Positions 55,001-64,000 of a stretch of DNA of 64,000 bases are shown here, in pieces (positions within the stretch are counted from its first letter, which is position 1; each line of letters begins with the position of its first letter). A program made the position numbers and the translations under genes. Source of the stretch: Eledone cirrhosa (taxonomy: Eukaryota); NCBI GenBank assembly GCA_964016885.1, contig OZ024745.1, positions 44,020,001 through 44,084,000 on the forward strand, given 5' to 3'. The notes beneath the pieces were generated by a model, which made no database searches, was not told where the DNA came from, and saw nothing but the letters and a program-made list of their open reading frames with translations.

Positions 55001-55829
55001 GGCATTGGTAAAATATAACGTCCGGGAAAGTGAAACTAATTTTTATGACAAGTGAATGTGTTTGTTTTTTAGTATTGCGTGTGTGATTATTTTTTCTTTT
55101 TCTTTTTTTGTGTATTGTGTGTACGGGAAATTATACTTACCTTATCAACATCCTATACTTACCTTATCAACATCCTTATTAGACCGTATAAATAGCTGAA
55201 ATACAGTTGATCATCTCGCCAAATTTGTTGGCACCAACTCTCTGCCGCCAAAGAAATTCAGCTAAATACGAGGGGAATAAATCGTCGCTTGTCCCATGTT
55301 GTCGACGGAGCTTTTTCTTCGCACGGCTCCAAGTGTTCTCTATGAGTTGTGTGTGCACATTAGGGTCTTCAGGATCGCAAAGTTCCGTTGGTGCACAACA
55401 ACATCATGGAGGTAAATGCCACCTTGAATTTCCTCAATATCTCTGACCCAAATCCTTTATCATTCTCTGTCCTTCTTATGACCCGGCCTTAATTTCTTTG
55501 GGGGACAGAAAGTTGGTGCCAACTTTGGCAAGATATTACAAAAACATCTAAACGATGATGATGACACAAACACATATATATATACAAACACACATATATA
55601 TATATACATACAGACACACATATATATACACACATATACACACCCACACATATATATATAAGAGAAAATAATCACACACGCAATACTAATTAACACCATA
55701 TCACTATAGAGACCTGTTGTAAATAAACAAACTGTATCGTAATTTTCAGTGTAAAAAAAAAAAAAAAAACACATTCACTTGTCATAAAAATTAGTTTCAC
55801 TTTCCCGGACGTTATATTTTACCAATGCC
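55001..55829. mobile_element. Non-autonomous Mutator- or Merlin-like fold-back DNA transposon
   Basis: ~60-bp perfect TIRs GGCATTGGTAAAATATAACGTCCGGGAAAGTG.... Exact 9-bp TSD ACATTATAC (54992-55000 and 55830-55838). Further internal inverted blocks. Confidence 0.9.
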
Positions 55830-55839
55830 ACATTATACA

Positions 55840-56430
55840 TATATATAAAAAGAAATAGGATTTCGCTTCAAGAATAGCTTTATACAATATGTATAAATAT
55901 TTCGTATCTCCAAAGAATACAGTTTTAGGAAGCCGTAGCTATGCAAACACCGGGGAGGGGGGGGGGGGCTAACGCCCTCTGGTGATGTCCAGCAGAAACA
56001 AGGGGGGCAACCGTCTATGCATTTCGGGCTTAACTGGCCTTCGTCAGGACGGTCCCTCCCACCGCTTGCGATTGCTGGACTAGAAGACAGCTGAGAATAT
56101 ATACTTTTCTCGTCTCTGTAAATGAGGTGATTAATCTCATTTGCATAGGTGATTAATCTCATTTGCATAAGTTGGCTCAATATGCAAATGAGATTAATCA
56201 CCTCATTTACAGAGACGAGAAAATTATATATTTTCAGCTGTCTTCTAGTCCAGCAGTCGCAAGCGGTGGGAGGGACCGTCCTGACGAAGGCCAGGTAAGC
56301 CTGAAATGCATAGACGGTTGTCCCCTTTGCTTCTGCCTGACATCACCAGAGGGCGTTAGCCCTCCGGTGTTTGCATAGCTACGGCTTCCTAAAACTGTAT
56401 TTCTTTGGAGATACGAAATATTTATACGTA
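55840..56430. mobile_element. Long fold-back octamer-type hammerhead element (family O2)
   Basis: ~250-bp arms 55891-56147 and 56181-56427, tail 55840-55890, TA-rich flanks. Confidence 0.9.
56275..56318 (+). ncRNA. Minimal type I hammerhead ribozyme (mirror copy on minus strand at 56010-56053)
   Basis: ACCGTC-CTGACGA-aggc(caggtaa)gcct-GAAA-tgc-ATA-GACGGT. Palindromic stem III ATGCAT. Confidence 0.92.
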
Positions 56431-57013
56431 ATATATATATATATATAACATATATACATATATTTACATTATATATATATAACATATATACATTTGCTTA
56501 TCAATGAATATATTGTCATTGAATAAAGTGGATTATTTCTTACCCTTAAAATGGTTTTCAATACCCGCGAAAGCAAATGAAAAATATCTCTTGTTTTTTC
56601 TCAATAAATTCGCACATTAACCTTCTCACGAGACACGCCCACGCACATAATTTTCAAAAGACACACAGACACCAACAGTAACACTAAACCTTGTAAACGA
56701 ACACCCAGAAAGAAAGCCTATAAGTACAAGAGCCAATGAAAACACGTCATACACATGAAATAAACCACTATCAGAACACAGTATGTCGTTTCAACAGACA
56801 CCCACAGGTCTCAGAAGACATATATACACCAACATCAAACAACTTAAATGAACACAAAGCCCTCAAATGAAGACACACGACTTAAAAGACAAACAAGTCA
56901 CCACCGAACCCCACCGTCGGACAACATTCTTTTGTCTACGTTATTCTTTTTAATGGTGCGTTACTTTACAAATCGTCGAGGATTTGGGCTCAACTATAAT
57001 ACTATGTTAGTAG

Positions 57014-57335
57014 ACGGCGAATTGGCAGAGTCGTTAAAACGTCGGATAGAATGTTTTGTGGTATTCGTTTCGGCTCTCGGCTCTCTGCTCTCTACGTTCA
57101 AATCCCGCCGAAGTCAACTTTGCCTTCCATCCATTCGAGGTCGATAAAAAAGAACCAGTCCAGTACTGGGGTCGATTCTTCCTCTATATCTCTTTCTCAC
57201 TTTTTCTCTGTCACTTTCTAACCTTGTCTGGAAGAAATCTGCTGTATTCAGGCCTGGAGAGGGGATAGGCTCCGCCAGGCTTAAGATGGCCAAGAAACGC
57301 CGTATGTCCCAACGGCGTCACTACGACTCCATCAG
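57014..57335 (+). mobile_element. SINE family A head with alternative 3' extension
   Basis: The extension GAAGAAATCTGCTGTATTCAGGCCTGGAGAGGGGAT..CGCCAGG..GTCACTACG recurs at ~59710-59820 and ~61095-61215. Confidence 0.7.
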
Positions 57336-58304
57336 GAATTACGGGACCATACCATACTATGTTAGTATCAACAGCCGATTTAATCGACCACAGTACTTGA
57401 CTGGTACTTTATTTTACCAAACCCGAAAAACGAAAGATAAATTTTATCAAACCCGGCAGAAATTGAACTCAGAATGTGAAGAGCTATAACAAAGTCGAGC
57501 AAAGCAAATGAAAACACACATCTCAGAAGTCAAATAAGTCACCAGTGAACCACACGTCGGACAAAATGATTTACGGCATTTAATTACAGCCCTTTACGTT
57601 CTGAGTTCAAATCCCACTGAGATCAATTTTGCCTTTCATCTTTTCGGAGAAGATAAAATGAAGTACCAGTCAAGTACTGAGGTTGATATAATTGACATTT
57701 CCCTCCCCAAAATTTGCAGACCTTGCGTCTAAATTTTAAATCATTATTTTTTACGAAGCAATATATGTAGGTGAAACAATAGTTCTTACACATGGCTTAA
57801 AGAGTAATTTCAGGAGGTGTAATGCTGACAGAATAATCAGCTAATAATAAAATATACAGTACTCTGCACATTAGTATTGAGTTCTCTTTTGCTAAATATT
57901 GTTATTTAACTCATATACGAGTCCGTCACCAAACTTTGGTACTGGGAGGGGGAGAGAAAATCCTATGAGGACACTCTAATTTGCAATAATTCTAAGCACT
58001 GGGTCGATAATCGACTTTCCCTTTCCTCCCAATTTCATTATAGCCTGTTGATCAAGGCTGAAATTTCTTTAAATTAATCCTCACCACACATAGGATGAGT
58101 TTGTGCAGAATGTCGTGGTAACTAAATCTGTTTCGTTTTAGCTTTTAATCCAGGCTTTGGAGACTTATTGGAGCTCATTCACATATTTTGTTTATGATGA
58201 GTGTATGTTATTATGTATTGAATTGATGAGTGTATGTCATTATGTATTGAATTGATGAGTGTATGTTATTATGTATTGTATTGGTGTGTGTATGTTATTA
58301 TGTA

Positions 58305-58483
58305 TTGGCAGTATCGGTAGAGGGTCGGACGCCATGCTTTCCAGCATAGTTACGTCCCTTTACGATCTGAGTTCAAATCCCGCCGAGGTTGACTTTGCCT
58401 TTCATCCTTACGGGGTCGATAAAATAAAGTACCAGTAATGCACTGGGTATTTGCTGGCCTTGTGCCTAAAGTAGAAACAATTA
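58305..58483 (+). mobile_element. Young SINE family A copy inserted in a short minisatellite
   Basis: Near-consensus body. Direct repeat ATTATGTATTG at 58297-58307 and 58480-58490. Confidence 0.9.
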
Positions 58484-59361
58484 TGTATTGTATTGATGTG
58501 TGTATGTTATTATGTATTATATTGATGTGAGTTATTTATGTGCTTATTTTAGAATTGTATTGTGCTATGAGTAATTCTTCCATCATTAATCATATATTTT
58601 GTGAGAAATTAACATTTTCCTACCTAGCTTTGTGTGCTGTGTATAGCGTAGAATGTTGCAGTTTCTTCTGGTAAAAACAAAAGATAAAGGGCCCTTAACT
58701 CCTGATGGAGTTGTAGGGGCACCGTTGCGAAACACGGAATGTCTTCAGTGTTTTAAACTTGGCGAGTCCTATCCCTCTGCAGATTGGAACACATATAATT
58801 TCTTCAAGAGAAAGAGAGGAAAGTAATGTACAAGAATAACCAGCTTTAATACTAGATAAGTACTTTATTTAGCGACCTCGTAAATATAATCCGACGCCCC
58901 AACGACTCTGCCTAGGTTTATACTGATCAAATCCCAAATTTGAAACTCTCGCGATCAATTATTCTATACAAATTCGAGCAAATGAAATTTACATGTTGAC
59001 TTACACACTGGCATTTACACATACCGAGACTTACACACTGGCATTTACACATACCGACAGCACACCGCAACAGATGAAAATTTACAAAAGGACTAAAAAA
59101 AAAACAGGAATAGAAAAGACAAAACTAGAATAGGCCTAGAAAAGATAATCCGGGCTTACATACTGTTTCCATCTACCAAATGTCGTCCACAAGGCTTTGA
59201 TTGCCTTAAACTACAGTAGAAAACAATTTTAAGGTGCTGCACAGTGGGATCGAACCTAAAATTACGTAGCTGCTAAGTGAACTTCTTCACTATACAGTTT
59301 TGAATTGAAATTCTGTTGATTGCAGATTTATATTTCGACCCATCGTGGATCGATAAACTAT

Positions 59362-59820
59362 TGATTTCTAATTTTGTCGCAAGGCCGGGAATTGGAGGAG
59401 GTAGGGGAAGTCGGTAATATCGACACCAGTGCATTACTGGTACTTTATTTTATCGACTCCGTAAGTATGAAAGGCAAAGCTAACCGTGGCGGGATTTGAA
59501 CTCAGAACAAGGCGGTGAATTAGCACTGGGTAATTGATGGCCTTGTGCCTAAAGTAGAAACAATTAGCAGAGTCATTAGAACGTCGGAGAGAATGTTTTT
59601 GTATTAGTTTCACTCTCTGTTCTCTGAGTTCAAATCCTGCCGAGGTCAACTTTGACGTTCATCCTTTCGCGATCGATAAAAAAGTACCAGTCTAGTACTG
59701 GGATCGATTCTTCCTCTATATCTCTTTCTCACTTCCATTATCTCACTCACTCTGTCCTTCCCTGGAGGGGAGGAAATCTGCTGTATTCAAACCAGGAGAG
59801 GAGATGAGCTCCACCAGGTT
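59362..59820. mobile_element. Nested SINE family A cluster
   Basis: Minus copy at 59362-59509. Plus copy from 59511 is interrupted by a SINE tail flanked by AATTAGCA repeats. Confidence 0.8.
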
Positions 59821-61699
59821 TTTTTTTTAAATTACCTAGAAACGCCCTATGTAAATACAGTGCCCCCTACAACTCTAACAGGAGTTACAGGACCATGCCA
59901 TGCATGCACTTGAACATATTTCCTCTGTTTTACAGAGAGAAAAAACAAAGACATCATGTCCAATATTATACAGTGCCGTCGTACTTCAAGTTGTTTTTCA
60001 TTCTTATAATTTTGTCTTTTCCAGATAACAGTAGGCAACTATCGCTCAATTGTCTCCGACTATTTACTTTATTTTATCTACTTTATATCATAATTGGGGA
60101 ACAGTTGATTTATTTCAATGTATTCTAGTCAAATAATATCTTCTTATTTCTTAAGTCTTTATGTTCTTATGTATATTGTTATTATTTCTAAAACGACGAT
60201 CATCTATTGTTACTTGCTGGAGATATATTCGCATAAAAAGAAGTTTGTTTTGTTGGTGTCGTTTTTTATTTACCGATTCTTGTGGGTTTTGAATGTAAAT
60301 ATACATTCTGAAAGAGATGTCAGCTTTTTGGCTTCCGAATTGAATTACTTGCAGGTGGGTCTCAATGCAATGCGAAGAAAAAAGTAAAGGAAAACGTTTC
60401 TAAGAATGTTAAGCAGTGAAAGACACTAAGACAGCATACTACTTCCGATAATGATATTTTTTTAATAGTATATTTTATCTCTACATTCCATTAGGTTACA
60501 ACTGAAGGCGCCTTATGTGTTGTTCTACATTGTTTGTACAGATAAAATGATGCCGCTAGACGCCACCTTGTGATTGGTATTAGTTGCTTTTATATATATA
60601 TATATCTATAGATAGATATATTATACACACACACACATTTATGTATGTATATTATATTATATTACGTATATGTATGGGTGGGTGGGGTATTTATAACAGT
60701 CACAGAGTTAGATAAAACGAGGAAAGAGATAGGAAATATTTTTGATAAATAGAAAATGTCTTCGAGATGAGTTATAATAATATTCCCCAGAAATCTAAAT
60801 TGACGAGAAAAATCTCTACTGAGAAGTAAACATCTGGTTACCGTGACAGAACAGGTCATCTTTGATTAAGCAGTTCTATGATGAAAAACATTCCAGTAAT
60901 GATCATCTCGTCTTTTTCAATTATACAACATCTACGGTAAATTGGCAGAGTCGTTAGAACGTCTGATAGAATACTTTGCGGTATTGGTTCCGGTACTCTG
61001 CAATCTGAGTTCAAATCCCACCGAGGTCAACTTTGTCTTTCATCCTTTCGAGATTGATAAAAAATGTAACAGCTCAGTACTGAGGTTGATTTTTTTTCCT
61101 TCTCTCTCTCTCACTCTCTTCCGAAGAAATCGGCTATGTTCAGATCTGGAGAGGGGATGGGTTTCGCCAGGTTTAAAACGCCCAAGACGCGCTATATGTC
61201 ACTACGGCTCCATCATGATCAAAAACATTCCACTAGTGATTATCTCGTCTTTTTCAATTATAATGTATCTACGACTACATTATTTAATGTGTGTGTTTTA
61301 AGATGGTAGGGTATACATTTTAAAAAAGATTTGGCTGCTATTTTTAACATGTCGAGCGGCCGCGTAAAGGCTGCCTAGTTCATTAAAGTGTTGTTTATTT
61401 GAAATGTTCTCTTTGTAAGCAGTAAAGATCCTGCTATCGCTAAGTGTAAGAATGTGATGGTTAGCCTTTTGGAAACATTATCACAGTTTGGCTATTAGTT
61501 AGAACAAATAGAACGGACTGGTTTTAAAACATACCTAAAGCCAATGTTTTTAATTCTTTCTAGCTCGAAGGAATAAATAATAGGTTAATATTTTTTCTAT
61601 ATTGGTCAGAGCGGGCTGACCCAGGGGTGTGTAGGAAAAGTGGAGCAGATATTCTCAGATTGGAAACCTGAATGTTTGCAACAGAGTAAATTGCCTCTA

Positions 61700-62120
61700 A
61701 AGGCACCCGAGATCTACGTGGAGGGTGTGAAACCGGGGGGGGGGGGGCTCATTCCATTGCAACATAGACTTCTCTAAAGCACTCTAGCACCACATGGGAG
61801 TGTGACACCGGGCGCCTCTCTCGACTGCAACAGAGTGGACTCCTATAACAGCACCCGGGGACCACGTGGAGGTGTGACAGCGGGTGGTCTCACTCCACTG
61901 CAACAGTGGACTTCTTTAAAGGCACCCGAGGGCTACGTGGAGGTGTGACAGCGGGTGGGCTCACTCCATTGCAACAGTAGACTCCTATAAAAATCACCCG
62001 GTGACCACGTGGGGTGTGACAGCGGGTGGCCTCACTCCACTGCAATAGTAGACTTCTTTAAAGGCATGCGAGGGCTATGTGGAGGTGTGACAGCGGGTGG
62101 CTTCACTTCACTGCAACACA
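61700..62120. repeat. ~71-bp GC-rich minisatellite, ~6 copies
   Basis: ACGTGGAGGTGTGACAGCGGGTGG..CACTCCACTGCAACAGT at 61864, 61935, 62007 and 62077, with diverged units upstream. Confidence 0.9.
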
Positions 62121-62535
62121 GTCAAGTTCCTTTGTTTATATTGTTCTCCAATTTTCAGAGCCACCATAAGAAGTTCAGTTGGAAACTAATGATTATCTTT
62201 ATCGCTGGGATCATCAGTTGGTAGTTCAAAATCCTAAACTCCTAGAAATGATTCAGTTTTAATCTGTCTATACTTTCTTAATAGCCTCAGTTAATAACAC
62301 TGGCTCCACTGTTTGCTCTATTAGTTTATGACAATTTTCTTTGGGAATATTACCTTGTATGCCTGTTGCTGGTCCTAGCCTGACAGTGTGGATGTAACAA
62401 TCAGAAAATTCACTCTCAGAATAACATCGATGGTGATATATAGCCAGCATTTACACATTCACCTCGTGTTCTGATAATAAAGTCAACATCTCCCAACGAA
62501 TTCTTCCAAAATACTTTATGTATTTGTTAGTATGT

Positions 62536-63000
62536 ATTCGTTTCTGATCTTCTCCGGCCATTTGATGTTGTAGATGTGCCTCAGACAGATGTTGAAGAAT
62601 GTCTGGATCTTCTGCTGCATCTTCTTTGTTGTCCTCCAAGTTTCACATCCATACAGCAGTACTGCCTTCATGTTAGAGTTGAAGATGCGAAGTTTAGTCC
62701 TTGCGCAGATCTCTTTTGATGCCCAGACGTTCTTTAGCATGATGAAAGCTACTCTTCCCTTGCCAATCCTGGCTGTGACATCTCAGTCGATTCCCCCACG
62801 TTGATCAACCACACTCCCCAGGTAGACAAATGACTCCACCTCTCTGGTGGGCTCTCCACCAACTGTGACTGGTGTGTTGGCAGTGATGTTGATCTTCATC
62901 AGCTCGGTTTCCTTCTAGTTTATTTTGAGTCCTGTCCCGGCTGACCTGTTCTCCAAGTGCGAGGACTTGTCCTGTATCTGGTCGTAACTGTGTGACAAGA
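62536..63000 (-). mobile_element. Internal fragment of a second RTE-clade family
   Basis: VESFVYLGSVV..LKNVWASKEICARTKLRIFNSNMKAVLLYGCETW..CLRHI..IKWPEKIRNE. Confidence 0.9.
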
Positions 63001-64000
63001 AATATGGAAGGTACAAAATCAAATACCCAGATGATTTGCTAACTAAACTGATCACACTCCGATTGGTTTGTCGTTGAATCTGTAGTAGTGCAGATTTCCG
63101 GCGTTCTAACTCCCCGGACCATCACCTTATTCACTACTATCGGGACGGAATTGACCACCCGCATGACGTTGTAATAGCTATTCCAACGTGTCTCACTCGC
63201 CATCTTCTGGAGCAATGTTTTCTCCATTCTGTCCACCGGGATCACGAGGCGACCTACACATGGGCTCCCACACATCAGAGAATACTCCTCCACAACGTTG
63301 GGGCTCGCATGCTTCGGGTAGCGATGTTATGACAGTACTAAATATTTTATTTCTCATATTTTCTCTCATAAAACATTTGCTTTATTCTAAAATAAGATGA
63401 AATAAAATAAAACTAAGCTGATGGATTTTTTTATAGTTGTTTCATTACACTCTCTTTAAAAATATGCATTATATATTTTATGCATATCCTAAGGTTTTCC
63501 CTGAAGATATTTATACCACCAACGGACTGTGTTGGCGGTAAATAAAGTCACACATCTGGCTTTAAAGAAGTATTTCAGCTGGGTGAATTACTTCCAGCTA
63601 TACCTAGCAACATTTGCAGAATACACAATTTTTATCGTGAAATCAATAAATATTTGCTTCATCACAAAACTAGAAAAAGACTAAATGACCTCACTTTACA
63701 CTCTAGCAAAAAAAAAAAAAAGAATGTGAATTTAGGCAATTGAAGCAACGAGGTTCATTCAAAGCATTTGGGAAATCTAAAGCATTAAAAGTGAAGTTCT
63801 TACGCTTAATCTGCATACATAGGCTATCTAGTATATAACGATATAATGTTAGCCGAGTGTTCTGCATTACTTCCCTTTAACCTAAGTCATTTATATCTTT
63901 GGTCTTTAATGTCACTTTCTCTGAACTCAGCAAAAGCCCACTTTTCAAATCTATGTTCTTCGAGACGTTTAACGTGTTGCAACATAACGCCTATCTTCTA

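Noticed and set aside
55833-56485. ORFs across the O2 palindrome
   Set aside because: Mirror-image short ORFs with non-ATG starts and no recognisable domain. The conserved features are RNA/DNA motifs.

Overview
AT-rich, microsatellite-saturated eukaryotic non-coding DNA. No host protein-coding exon could be supported. The SINE families and the (TA)n/(GA)n/(AAC)n load suggest an octopod/cephalopod genome (inference). Main contents: (i) a ~10-kb hAT-type non-autonomous element (409-10384) almost filled by a 34-bp satellite with higher-order structure; (ii) about 20 tRNA-derived SINE copies; (iii) a near-intact RTE-clade LINE with one frameshift (31953-35260), plus RTE, CR1-like, CRE-like, Helitron-like and Mutator/Merlin-like relics; (iv) a Penelope-type GIY-YIG endonuclease relic. 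The most striking signal is a population of at least 12 short (100-600 bp), sequence-diverse elements that nearly all sit in (TA)n tracts. They carry type I hammerhead ribozymes, several with palindromic stem III and two with a compensated U3:A8 core. Most form head-to-head fold-back palindromes, so some encode a ribozyme on both strands. Across divergent families they share a covarying ACUC-stem-UU-GAGU hairpin placed just beyond the point where the inverted arm stops. A subgroup has an octamer/TATA-like cassette upstream of the ribozyme. They look like Penelope-like-element pseudo-LTR or retrozyme-type units. The shared hairpin and the promoter-like cassette are the candidate undescribed parts. 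All coordinates were read by eye, and SINE and relic boundaries are approximate.
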